Below, piece by piece: positions 39,405-53,400 of a DNA stretch of 64,000 nucleotides (positions are counted from its first letter, which is position 1; every line of letters begins with the position of its first letter). Made by a program: the position numbers and the translations under genes. Source of the DNA: Podarcis melisellensis (taxonomy: Eukaryota); assembly GCA_964234715.1 (NCBI GenBank), contig OZ174285.1. One strand, 5' to 3'. Below the pieces are notes generated by a model. It made no database searches. It was not told where the DNA came from and worked only from the letters and a program-made list of their open reading frames with translations.

Positions 39405-42400
39405 CTGAAGAAAGAGGAACACATACATTAATTATGAAATGTAAAGAGGCAAATCCCCATCAAAGAGATTTTTCAAAAATGATATTCTTTAAACAGGATA
39501 GTGCTTAGAGAAATGCAGCCAAGTTAATATATACTACTTCAACTTCAAGCATGCAAGACTTGATTTGGTGTAGTAGAAAAAGGAGAGCCGAAGAGGACGG
39601 AAGAGTGGAGGTGATCCAGTATATGTATCAATATATGGCATGATGTGCCAAGACCTCATGTAAACTCAACACAAGAGTAAGCGTATTTCATTGGAGCAGC
39701 CTACTAAGAAGTCTTCTGTTCCCTACCTGTATCTTGTGGATCCCCAGGATTTTAACTAGTCACTGTCATTAAGAGTTTGCCAGAAGTCAAGAGTATGCAT
39801 ACATGTATTAACCCTCCCTGACCTTCCAAAACAGTAAAATACTCAATACACAAATAGTAAAATACATTAAAATACATTTTAAAGAAACAAGAGTTCACAG
39901 ATAAAAATGCCTACCACAGATGACGTTTAGCAGGGAAGAACCTGCCAGAATGAAAATGTCTTTGTCAGCATGAGAGACAGCCAGAGAAGGGATTATTTGC
40001 TTTACAAAGACAGGGCAGAGTATTGCTACAGTCACTAAGAAGGCCTTAACTCTTGTGGACATCAATCATGCTCCCACCCTTGACTTTGATTTGTGTCCAG
40101 AAGCAAATTAGAAGTTAATGCAGACACTGTAGGATAAGAGTAACATGATCCCATGGGTGTGTGCCCAATAACATCCTTGCTGCTGCATTATGAACCAAAT
40201 GCAGCTTCCCAAAACTTTTCAGCGATAACCCAGGGCAGAGTGCACTGCAGTAATTCATTCTTGATGTGCAACTGAGGTGTGTGTCACTGGAGTCAGGTTT
40301 TGCTAATTGTACTTAAGACTTACAATATGTGCACTCCTTGTACAATTTTATCTGCTACAACAACTACGGACAAGAGAGTAATGTGCAGTGTCAACATCTG
40401 CATATTTTGAGACTATTAATGACAATTACAAAAACAATTATTTTTAGTTACCACGGTGGGGTAGGGGGGTGATAAAGCTAAATATGGGGGGGAAATTGCA
40501 GTGTGGCTTCAGAAAAGGAAGGAATATTAATAGTGCATAGAGATATATGTGTAGAAGTTAGTGGCACATACAAAAAGCATAAGAAGAAAAACAAAGCAAG
40601 CATCATGCAAAGCCCCACCATTCTATGACTGCAGCATCTAAGGCGGAGCAGTTCAATGCCGAACTTTTTATGTCTTGCAGAGCAGATCATTAGTAATTCA
40701 CTGTAGGAATAACTCCGTTATAATCAAGATGAAAAATGTTGAAAAAAGCGTCTTCCACCCTAAGTATGAATAATCCACGTTGCTAAAACAGAGGCAACCA
40801 AAGTCTACTCAACAGAAAAGCTGACAGTCACTACCTTGAAATTAAAGGAATTGCTCATTCTTATTGTAGCAATCAATGCACAATATTAAACCCTAACGCC
40901 AATTACCATGCTGAACATCCAGAAGCCATTTTGTCAAATATCCATGCATGGGTGTAGCCTCAAAGCTATACTCAGAACTAGCAAAGCACACTGCAACATC
41001 TTCACCAGCTTTTTGCATCTCTGAATAGACTCCATTATTCCTTTCAGAAAGCTCTTTCATAGGTTGACAGTCGAGGAGGGGAAAGCCACATGATCCTAAA
41101 GCCTTGTGTAATATTCTGTTGGTGCAGGCAGTAGCAGCAAAGCACACCATCAGTGAAACAGCATCCAGCAACACAATAGCTTAAGTATTCAATCGCATCA
41201 GACCTTCACTGCTGACTCAATCGTCCGATAGGGATTTCCTTAAGTGGGTCAGTAATGCTTCAGAGAGAAAAAGCGCAGACTCTTAGGAAGCATCACTGGT
41301 CCCACGCCCTGATTTCCCATATTTAGATAAATTTACTTTAACCCCTCATGAAGCTTAATGTATTCACCCACTGACTTCTTTTTAGCCTGGCCTACATATT
41401 GCATAACAGCTACACACAAATAGCTATTCTTCTCCAATTAGAAACCCACACATAGGAACTGGGAAGTAGCAGGATAAAACACTACAGATGCTTCACACTA
41501 ATTCTATGCAACACTCTTTACATGTGAAATACCACTTTGCTTGACCTGTACTTTATTAATCAAGTTATAAAAGGAGATAGAAAGTTAAGCAGCATCAAAG
41601 TGAAATAATATATTGAAGTAGGTAAGAGGAAGATATATGTGAATGAAAACAGAATAAAAACAGGCAGGCATAGGAAAATAAGACTGGTGAAAGCTGTTAT
41701 GCAACGAATATTCTCACAGAATGCACACACATATCACCAAAGACACTGCTGAATGATTTAAAGGAGAGGTGCTTTAAAACACAAATTCACCAATAGTATT
41801 TCATACACCTAGAATCTGATGGAACTCAGAACAAGAGGGTGAAGAGGAATTGGGCAAAATGTTAGACAACATAAAGGGGTAGTTCACTAGGGGGAACTGT
41901 TCCACCCAAAATGGCAGAGACAGGAATTGAACAGAGGACATCCTTTGGCACTGCTCAAGAAGGGTGTCTTGGCTGAGAAGGGACTGATGGCACTGAAGAG
42001 CAGCCATACTCCTTAGAACAAATCCACAAACAGATCTCAATGGGATGTTGAGGAGACACATATGGGTGAGGAAGCTGGTAGTAAATGGAAACTGTTCAAA
42101 GAATTGTAAAGAAAAAATTCATTTCATAACCACAAAAACTGGGCACTTGCTTTCTCAAAAGAGGCATGGGGAATACTTTGAAATAAATGTATTTTGTTGT
42201 TCACATATGACCACATTCAGATAGAGTTTTGACATGTGGCTGGTACACTCATCAAATACCAAGGCTGCAGGAATACTTTATGAGACCAGATTAGAAACAG
42301 TTTCTTAAGCAAACTGGATGGATAGATCAGGAAAATGTCTTTAGGTTTAATGATAAGATACTGACTTCAGGAAAGCAATTCACCTACACATGATCTAACT

Positions 42401-45400
42401 ATGCATATCTACATGTGAGCACACACTCACATGGATCACATGAGACTTCTGAATTTCATGTGGCCAGGGCAACCCAGCCAGATGGGCAGAGTATAAATAA
42501 TAAAATTACTGTTATTATTTTCTTTCCTCATATTGAAACAGAAAATCATAACTATTCCGTTTAGATGAAGTGACTACACCAGATTGCAAACTGAAATCTT
42601 GGGAAGAAAATAATGACTAAGAATGACATGTCATGAACAATAGTGGCCACTAGATGGAAGCAATAAAAAGGAGATGAAGACTTTGCTTAAGGTTACTATT
42701 GGTCAAAGTCCAACAGTAACCTTTATCATGCTTTTATTACATTCCGGTTACTCTGCATTTAAAAATGTTTTCAAAACAGCCTAATTTTAAATGATTAAAG
42801 GTTCATACATGTCTGGCTTTAGCTGAAAAAGCCTGTACAGCTTCAGGTTTCTTAAATTAAAATCAAGGTTAGATTTTATTTTTATAGAGAGTTCAGACCT
42901 AGCTACTTCAGAGTAAAACCTGAATACAAGGCAGACCTCAGGGTTCTGGACACATTGTAAAAGATAATGCTTAACCCCCTCCTGCCAATTCTATTGTTCT
43001 GAAACAACTATTGAATTTATTGCATCTCTTTATGGAATATAATAAGGGCACCCTCATTATTTGTGTTGTGACAACTGCACCATACAGTTTTCACCAGGCA
43101 CAGAATTCTGCATCCTAAATCTCAGCTTGCTCTACATATAAATAGAGCTTGCATAAAAGTTTGCTTTTAAAAATTGCTATGGATCAAATAGTAAGAGGAG
43201 CCCTGCTGGATCAAACCAAAAGTCCGTTAAGTCCAGCATCCCCTTTCGGACAGTAGCCAGCTGCCTATGGAAAGCCCCAAAGCAGTGGCTGGTGGAAAAT
43301 GTATTCCAACAACCTTGAAGGCACCAGTTGCCTACCCCAGATTTAGTCTTGAAAGTTGTACTGCCTAGCAAAGTATCAGATCCCAGAGTCAGAAGCAAAT
43401 GGGCTTCTATACCCTCCATGGCACTTTGCCCCATACAAGCATAGGTAATAGGAATATAGACAGCTGCTTAAACCAAGTGAGACTATTGGGGCCAGATAGA
43501 CTGGAAATGCTTCTCCAGCATTTCAGACAGGGAGCAAAACTGGCACCTTTTGGTTTGCAATCAAAACATGTGCTCTACTACTAAGCTCTGTACTGAAATA
43601 GGCATATGAAAATAAGTTTGCTTGCTTACTTGTTTTTTTAACAAGAGTTGCATATATCTCTCTAGCCATACATTTTCAGATATCTAAAAAACTTGAATAG
43701 TGTATAAAGAAATAGAACAGACTATCTTTAAGCAGACATAGAACAATCACCTTAAATCAATATATAAATGTGAAAGTAGAAAAGGTATATGTAACTTAAA
43801 TATAATTATGTATAAATAGATATGTTTTACAGCAGGAAGAAATTTCTACATTGATCAATTTTTCCAGGCTGCATCAGGATTTTATACAGGTACTAAATGG
43901 GAATCAATGTTTAATTCAATTTTTTCTCTGTCTTCTATCTCTCCAAAGTACGTATTCTTTCAGAATCTCTGCTATATCCCAAATTCTAGCTAGCTATTGC
44001 CAAGCTGTGGTGGTGAAGCTCACCTCCATTTCTGAGTTGCTAGAATTCTAGATACACTTGGAAGATTCTGTATTAACTCTAATTGCCATCCACACAACCT
44101 AGTAGTATTGTCAAAGGCTCTAATGGTATAATCTGATTAATCATGAGGGATATCACATATTATATTTCTTCTTGCAGAGCAATCTAATTTTGAGTAGTCA
44201 CATCAGATAGGTTTGAAATTAGCCCTTTGTGTTTTCTATCTCCATTGTCTACACACATTTTACTTGAAACCTTTTGGGGGAATCTTAGTAGAAAAGCAGC
44301 CAATAAAATAAAATAAAGTGCTTGATTTTCTAAGTGCTGCTTTGTGGATTTACTTTTTTAAAAAATGATATGAGAGAGCAAAGTACAGTACACAAAGTCC
44401 TGAATACAGTATTTCTAGAAAGTTATCTGCCACAACTCAAAGTCCAAGGAGAGGCAAAGATAGTATCTCACTGGACTGACTCCTTCAACATGGCTAAGAT
44501 TTCAGCCCATGTTACAGGGCTCAATTGCAAAAACACATTTATTTCAACATGAGTTAGGAATTTCTCTACTGGACCAGTAAAGAAAAGTAGTTCTTCAATC
44601 ACATAATAAAGGGTTAATGTCGCTTGTCCACTAGTTACCAAACAGGGCAGAAGTCTTTGGGCTGTAACCTCATGGGATAGTTAAGCAATTTTTTTAAGCA
44701 TTCAATTTTTGATTGAATGTATGTGGAGTTCAAAACACCCATTTGAGAGAACAGATACTCATTTGAAAGCCCATGGAATACAGAAGCAGTTTAGAATGGG
44801 GACAAGGACGACCACTTTCTCTGTATTATGTTGCTTCCTTGTGTTATATTCCCACTTCCAAAGCAACTTTATTTTTATTTTAAAAAGTGCAATGAGATTC
44901 TTGCATATGATATGTAGTTTGCCCCCTCAGGAAAATGCAGGTGTGCTTGCTGGAGGTGCCCATCTCTGGTGTTTGGCCACTGGATATCCTTTCCCTATTT
45001 TAAACATAACTGAAAACTTGTTTTAAGCTTTGCTTACAGGATAGTTGGGCACACAGCAAAGTACAGTGCCAAAAAACTACAACAACTCACCACCTTAATT
45101 TAACTGGAACCATTTTAGTGCTGTGTGAGCTATTTTGGTAGTGTGTTTTTTTTGGCTCGCTACATATATTCACATATGCTTAATTCTTTGATATAATGCT
45201 TGACCAGTTTTGAGTTTTCTCCTCTGCTGCATTTTCCTGGCCCTGCACCCTGATTTTGTTCAACATTTTATTTTATTTTATTTTATTGAATTTCATATAC
45301 TTTATTTAAGATTCAACAATAACAAGAAAAACCACAGTAACTACATCAGTTCATTACAATTGCCCATCCTTAACAATAATTGACAAGTTATAGAACATCA

Positions 45401-46727
45401 CTTTAACTTACTCAAATTTTCATATTTAACTTTTATCTCTTTGGCTCTTAGCAGATCAAAAAGAAAAGGGCCAAAGAAAAAGGGTATGGAGGGGGAAAAA
45501 GAAATAGAAGAAAAGAAAAGGAAAGGGGTAAAAGAAAAAAAAGAAAAAGAAAAAAGGGTTAAGAGTTTAAAAAGAGAGAAACAAAATAAACACATTTGAC
45601 ATGATTAGACTCATTGTATTATTGTTTCTATTATTTTTTCACATACAGTTCTGGATTATTGTATTACTTTCTTTGTTTTCATCAGATACCAAAAACACTA
45701 TGATTTTAAACATCCAACACCATTAATCATGTTGACCGAGGTTGATGGGAGTTGAAGTCCATCATCTGAAGGGCCACAGGTATATCCCAACCACACAGGC
45801 AGCCTGGTCACATGCATTTCCCCCCCATTTCTCCAAGTTCAGTTGCTGAGGCTCTTTTAGAGGTTGCTATGTGTGTTTTTGGCTTTGTTGACTTTATAAG
45901 CCTTTTGAAATAATATTTTTAGTGTTTTCATTCTATTGTATATTATTTAATACTGGCTTGCGTGCAAAATATGCATCCTATAAATATTCTGAATAAAGAA
46001 AAGCACATTTGATTTTCCAGGAAAGATGTTTAATGGAAAGTTCACTCCTTCTGTAACTTCATAATACCCTTTGAAAAATCAACAGCTGGTTGCTTATACT
46101 GCCACACGAGCACCAGATCCATCATTCAGACCCAAATCAGAATATTAAATGTTTAACCATATGACTTTAATCTGATTAGGAACATTATCTTTATGCCTAA
46201 CCACTATACAAGAACACAAAAAACCAAATCATAGTTCAGTTTTAGTTTCAAAAACCTTTGAAAACTAGCATCACATCCAGTCATTATCTTCAAGCTCAAT
46301 CCAACAGCATCTTTTAGCATTGTATTTTTAACAACCACTACAAGTTCTTCCTACTTTAATCCTTGTAACAATCTATTTTTAAACTTTACCTTAGCATATG
46401 ATAGCTTGCTCAAAATGGTTTAAACTCTTATTTGCTGGATATAATTGATGTTGCTTATTTTCTGTATTGCCACGCATTGATTCCAAGTATCACCAAGCCT
46501 TTCATTACTGCTACATTTGTCAAGTGCAAAGTCTTACATAATTGTCATTTCACTCATTATACCCATTCTTATATCACAGGTTACAATACTTAAATACGAT
46601 TTTCAGTTCTTGAGGACATCAGCATCTGTTTTGGCATAGAAATGTCACTGAAGTGCTTAAGTATAGCCCCTGGAGGCTCATCCATTACCACACACCATTA
46701 TTAATTGCTAAGGAACAGAAACCATAC

Positions 46728-46844
46728 CTTGTGCTGTTCAATTGCATCTATCCATTGTTGTCTATGATCTGGATCTTGAGCCCGTAGATACCAAACGCTA
46801 TCATTCACGCTAATATCAAATCTGCACTCATCAAAATCATGGGG
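46728..46844 (-). CDS. CERT1: CERT1 exon 3 (117 nt), PH domain
   Basis: [39 protein letters not shown]; acceptor ttccacag, donor gtatgg. Confidence 0.97.
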
Positions 46845-49801
46845 CTGTGGAAGGAAAAATGGAAGGTCATTATAACAATAAGAATTATACATAAAGGAGA
46901 TAACATGTGGCACCTTGTCGTTTCCCATGTTTCGGGGGACGGACCTCATTGTTTCCCAACCAAGTTCATACCTGCTTAGTTTTGGCAATGCTGCCGCTCC
47001 AGATATTCCCAGACCATTCACTGGGCCCAAATCATGTTAAACCTGATTTCACCAGCTTCATTTTCTGTGACAGTCTTAGCAGTCCTTTAACAAGCTACCA
47101 TATACCAAATTAGACCATCAGTTTATGTACCCCTGTACGGACTACTGTGACATGCAGTGGCTCTCGAAAATCTCAGATAAAGCCTTTTCCATAATTTGCT
47201 ACTTTAATCTTAAAAAACAACACCACACAGGTATTTTCATTTATTCATATTTATATCTGACGATATATCCAGCCTTTATCATAGATACCACAGCAGATGA
47301 CAATTCACACTAAAAGACCCAATAAAAGTTAATCATTATGTTTCATATCAGTTGCTATATTCAGCCAAACTGAGATAATCATGATTATTAATGTTGCACT
47401 GTCAGGATCCAACCAAGAAAAATCAGAATATAGTACCTTTATGAAATAGAAAGGTTAATGAAGCAAACTCTGAACATTAATGAAGATCTACAAAATAAGT
47501 TAACTGCATGAGTAGAATTACTACTGAGAATGCAGTAAAATTTATTGACACATTTAATATCCTGTATTTTTGACTGAGACACCAATCTCCAAGGCAGCAA
47601 CAATTCAATAAAAACCAGAATACAATTAAAAACCAGTGCATAGAAACATACAACACCAAACCAATGAAAGCAGCAGAAACCAATTACATTAGAGGTTTCC
47701 CTTTAAAATAGTATTTCTTGATTCTGATGAAAGCAGATGGGCTTCAGCATACAGCAGATTCACGCAGAACACTCCTTCAGCCCCAAAGCTTAAAATGATC
47801 CCTTCAGACCATCATGGGAAGGGAAGTATTAAATCAGTGGAATGCAACTTTTCATTAGAGCAGAACCTTGTGTTCTCCAGATGTTTTGAACTCCAATTCC
47901 CATCAGCTCCAGCCAGCATAGCCAGTGCCAGGGATGATCTGAGTTGCTATATGAAACATATGGAGAGGACCAGGCTATGGGAAGGCTGCACTAGAGTGAG
48001 CAGGAACATAATAATTATGCCTTGCAGTGATGTTTGTTCTGATGATTATTTAATTTCTATACGTTTAATACATTAACAATATATCTTAACTGAAGCAACA
48101 ACAGATATCTTAAACAAAACATATAAAACATATAAAAAAATAAAACAAATAAAAATGTTACATTAACACAAAGTTACTACTATATATAAACTATATATAA
48201 ATCAGTATTAATTGATTTTCCCTTCTGACACACCCTACCTCTCAGCCTCCAGGTTCTCACTCAGGGTCAAGACCCTGAAGGGTAAGCAGCAGTGGAATGA
48301 TTAATTATAGCTATCGTATTATACAAATTGGCATGCCATACAATACAAAAGATTGTAGTCTGTTTCATGTAAGAGCCAATGGTGCAATAGCCCCCTCCCA
48401 CCTCCTTTTACTTAATTGCATCACATGTCAGTGATCTGTTTGTGGACCAGGACAGAATGTCCTCCTCAATGGTAGTTTCTCTATAAGGTTATTTCCCATA
48501 TTTCACCTAACCTACTACTTCCTTAAGAGCTTTTACTTATATGTGCCCTGAAGTCCATGATTATTCAAGACTCACCAGTGAAGGTTTCTATAAAAAAACA
48601 CAACAACTTGTGAGGAGGGGGAACAACCCAGTATAATTAGATACAGTAGCACTGTGGTAAGAGAAGTACAGAAGACACCAGATCTCAGAAGACTGAATAG
48701 TAGCAGCACAGATTGCTTCTGATTCAGGAAAACCCCAGGAAGTGTTGCAAGCCAGGAGAGGTTCTTAGACGCAGAGTTTCATGCAAGCTTAAATGTGGCT
48801 GCTTGGAAGATGACACTCACGTGTCATAGTTCACATTTCCATACAATTGGCCAATACTTATTTTGAAAGATGAAGCCTCAGCACTACAAAATCTCTTGTA
48901 AGTTTGTCAGAGATGAAATGCCATCCCAACTACTTGTGCAAACTGTCTACTTGCCTGAGCACCATAATATGGAAGCCAGAAGCCGAGCGATATTCCAATT
49001 CCCCTTCCATGAAAAGAAAATCTGAAAACATTTTTGGCACCAGTTCACTTACAAATCATTATTGGAACTAAGTCTCATTCAAACCTCATGGAACTAGTAA
49101 TGCAGTTGATTCTTTGACAGGTTCATAACAATGAGCACTGCTTATTTAGAATTTCAACATCACAATAGACATTTGCCACAGGTCAGGTAACAGAATGAGG
49201 AACAGCCTCAGAGTTGAAGATTCTGCCTTCCCTCAACTGAAGGAGAATTGAAGTGAATCATTAATAGATTTATTAACGTAACTTTCACAATGGAACAAGG
49301 TTGGTGATTGCTTCCAACTAGGAATGGTTAGGATTGTGCTGTATGACTATCTTTACCCAAATCTTTGGCTGCAAAGACTTGTCTATCTGTAGACTGCTCT
49401 AGGCCTTCCAGGATGCCTCTCTAAAGGACAAGTTGCTAGTTTGTAAAAGCAGGATGTATCTTTGTAAATCTTAATCTAGACAAACACAGGAGAGGGAGCA
49501 TTTAGATCAACAAATAATTTGAAACTGCCTGTGAATGACTATCAAAGCCAAGCAGAAAACAAAATCTCAGTGCACCACATGGCATTCTTTTTTACAAGCT
49601 CAACGTGCAATAAGCCTACCATTACATGCTACTTGTAATTTACCATTTAGCATCAGCCCTATTTGAAGGGCCAGTGAACTTGCTAATTCATACAGCCTTT
49701 CTTCCTCCTTTTCCAGAAGTTAAAGTATGTTTATGACACCACTGTCAGTTACTGCAGAATCATGACTAAGGCTACCAGAAACATACAGGTCAAGTCCCCA
49801 G

Positions 49802-50493
49802 TAGAGCTGGGCGATACCAGCTTTTCAACATTGCAGTGTATCACTAGCCAAACATTGCGGTCTGGCGATATATCACAGTGCTGAAAAAACCAAAATGCAT
49901 TGGTCTCTGCCCACAAGACACTGGGTGAAACTTCCCTAGCTCTGGTGGTTTCACTCAGGCACTTGTGGGCTGGGACAATGAAGCTTGTTTGCGCTGCTCA
50001 GCTGGGGATCAGGAACATTCCCCTTCCCCAGCTGAGACAGCCTCGGTGCTAACTATTTGTTGCGGGGAGCAGCAACCAGGCTCCCCTCAGCTGAGCAGTT
50101 TCACTGAGCCCCCACCCTGCCACTGGCTGGCCTGGGGCTCTTTTAACTGCTCGACTAAGGTAAGGGCAGCTGCCCACTCCTCAGCTGAGCAGTTTAAAGA
50201 TGCAGAGGGAGGAACAAGTTGTATTGGCACCTTGCTGATACAGCTTGTTTCTACCTTTGCATTGTATGAGGGCAGAGTGGGATAGTGGTTTCACTCAGCG
50301 ATATATCGCTGGTGAAACCGCCGCCGCTCCTGAGTCCCTCTGCTAGCAGCGCCCACTGGAGGAAGGAACTCTAGCCAACGCTGCGAGCATAGGGACTCAG
50401 GAGCAGTGGCGGTTTCCCCAGCAATATACCACTGAGTGAAGCTGACATCATGGCCTGCTCCTGGGTGATATATTGATATACTGCCCAGGCCTA
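49802..50493. mobile_element. Non-autonomous hAT-like element with internal hairpins
   Basis: Imperfect TIR tagagctgggcgata / atactgcccaggccta; cgatat subterminal motifs; TSD gtccccag/ttgcccag (6 of 8 match). Confidence 0.6.
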
Positions 50494-53400
50494 TTGCCCA
50501 GTGGAGTATTATTGCTCAAATTTCCTAGTTTGAGAGGCAACTGTCTGTTAAATTCACCAGTTGAAGGCTCTGAAACCATGTTCTACCCAAGGGATATATA
50601 ATTCCATCACTTTTTGTCTAGCAGTCCTGCCACTTCCGATACTGTATTCTTTGGAAGCTAGTAGCTTTGTATGGTGGATTACCAATGCTGTTGGGAAATG
50701 ATTCTGCCAGGCAGATTAATCACTGATTTCCTGTTCAACCAGCAATAAACACAGCAGGCATACTGTCAGAATTTTACTTCATATTCAAACACAATTACTG
50801 CTGCTCTTCAGAGGAGCTTATTTTACAGGCCCCTGCACATAGCTGAGTTGTTTAACTTTACTTTTCTGTCTGAAAAATGGTCCCCAAAGAATATCCTTTC
50901 TTCTTTCTATCTTTTAAAAGGGTCTGTTTGAGAGTCTGGAAACCCTATAGGTGACAGAATATTTAAGAGTCTATAAAACACAGCTCCATCTAAATTAAAT
51001 ATTAAAAATAGATGATACAAAGCTAGTCAGGTCTAGGAACACAAAGGATATTGCTAAAACTAATATTTTACAACTGGATTTTAGACTTTGGCTGCATTCA
51101 CATGTCATGCAGAGCCATTTTATAAAAGACAAAGGTGTGTGATTCAATTTGTTAAGAAGTTGCATGGAGTTGTATCCAATGTTAGTCATGCTCAGAGCAG
51201 ACCAAATGAAATTAGTTCTTCTGAGCATCTGACCTAGCGGAGTGTGTAGAAAAATGAATGAATGCAGAACCTTTTCTTCCTTCCTCTTTCCTCCTCTCCT
51301 CAAGCTTAATCTGCTCCAGAGAAATTGGCCCTTTTGCACCTCTGCTCAGTGACCAGTTGGCCTCTGCTGTTTAGGAAGCACATATTTTCCTCATATTAGT
51401 GTTCTTTTTCTTTCTTTCTCTTTCCCTTCCATAGAGCTCTGGCACTTGAGCAAACTCAAGAAGGCACTACAAGTCTTCGATTGAAATTAACGTGTTAATT
51501 TTGTTCCCTGAATTTCCATATCAAGAACTATTTTAGCTGGCAACACTGCTTGGTATTTAATGTGCTCCCTAGGTTGTTGTTCTTTTGTCACTAGTAGAGA
51601 TTTAGGGTTGTTTTCAATATTAGTTCCTTTGAATAGTTATTAAAGCTTACTACCAATATAACCAATTCATAAACATCCCACCTTTTGTAATTGGACCTAA
51701 ACTAAAGTACCTAATGAACTGCACCTAATTTCCTCTTCTTTTAGTATTTAAATCTTTAATGGATGCACAAAGCACACCACAGGTTATAAAAGTTCAATTT
51801 TTGCTAATACTCTTATTAGCTCTATTAATCAGGTCAAACACACTACAGGAACAAAGAAATTCAAAGGATAAAAATTAATTATGAACTAAGAACCTTATTA
51901 ACATCACAATCACGGCTTTCACGAGGTACATACAGCTCATTCGGGTGACACGGGATGACATTTCATTGCTATTATTTTCAGTTCATTACAATGTCTATCA
52001 CTGCAACTATTAGTCACATTTACATGCAACATTTCTTAAACACAGTGTAAAGTGACATACATTGAGGTTCCGAGGTGTCCCATCCAAGCACTGCTAAGAT
52101 GCAAACCTAGTTAGCTACAGAAAATACTGCTGAGTATTTTGCACTGATACCATAATTCTGGCCCACTTATAACCACATAGGTATATGCAATACTGAGATT
52201 AACTTTTAAAAGATGCATTCTTAACGACATTGCTTTCTTTATCAGATATACAAACAAAGATCTCAATTCTGAGTGGCAGTCCTTACGTAGCAAAAGCAGA
52301 CCCATCCATGCACAATAGGGAGATATCAGTAGGGGGACTCAAACAGCCCACTAAGAATGCTCAGTGTGCATTGAATCCTAGCTTGAACAACAGCATTCCA
52401 CACCACAGCATTTTGTTGTGTGTGACACTTGTAGCAAGTTTTAGAAAGCTTTCCAGTCTACTTAATGATCAGATAATCTTGCACTAAAGTCCAGTGCATT
52501 GGCCAAAATGTTGTCATTCTTCCAATAAAGTTTTCAGTTTGCTTACTGGAATCCCTTCTTCATTCAAAACATTGATCAGAGATCCAGAGAGGTTTCTGTA
52601 CAAATAACTTATTACAAACTCAGTGTTTGTTGCTGCTTCAGTCAATTTCCCTTTCCAACAGCAGCCCCTAGGTGCAATATTGCTCTGGAGGGTCCCCTAA
52701 GTTGTAAGGGCAGCTTTTGTGAGATGTATGGGCAGGAAGCGATTGGCTGTAAAGTCCTGGTGCAGACAAAGAAGACATAGACTGTCTTCTTTGTACCATG
52801 GAATGGTCAAAAGACTGAACTTTGCATCAGAAGGTACCTGGTTCAAATCTTGTCTCTACCATGAACTTCTAGGTGAACCTTACTAAAGCTCCCCCACCCC
52901 CAACCTCAGACACTGCCATCTGCAATACGACTTAAATATGACCTGGCTTACAGAAAGGGTGGGAAAACATTTGGCTCCATGGACCAGGTTCTTATTAGGT
53001 TTAGACAAAATTTGACAGGTGAGTAGGGCTATCCACTTATCAATCACCTGAGGTCACTATGGCAGCACTTCCAAGCTCTTTGCTAAAACAGAAGATGAAA
53101 GCTCAATTTAAGCAGGCAGTTAAGGGCAAACCCCTTCCTGATGACAAGCGGTGTGTACTGAACACCTAGCTAAAATGAAGGGTTGCCCCTGCATTTTAGT
53201 ATAGGTTTCAATGCAAACCCCTGTCATCAGGAAGGGGCTTGTACTGAATCCTGCCGAACTGAGCAGAATTTAAGTCTCCTCTCAACAGCTGATGAGCGGG
53301 AGATTAAATCCTGCTGCCATGACTACACATGCCAGTTCCATGAGGAATTGAAACTCCCACCCTGGCTAATTGGAGTGCTGTCAGCTGATGGACAAGTGGG

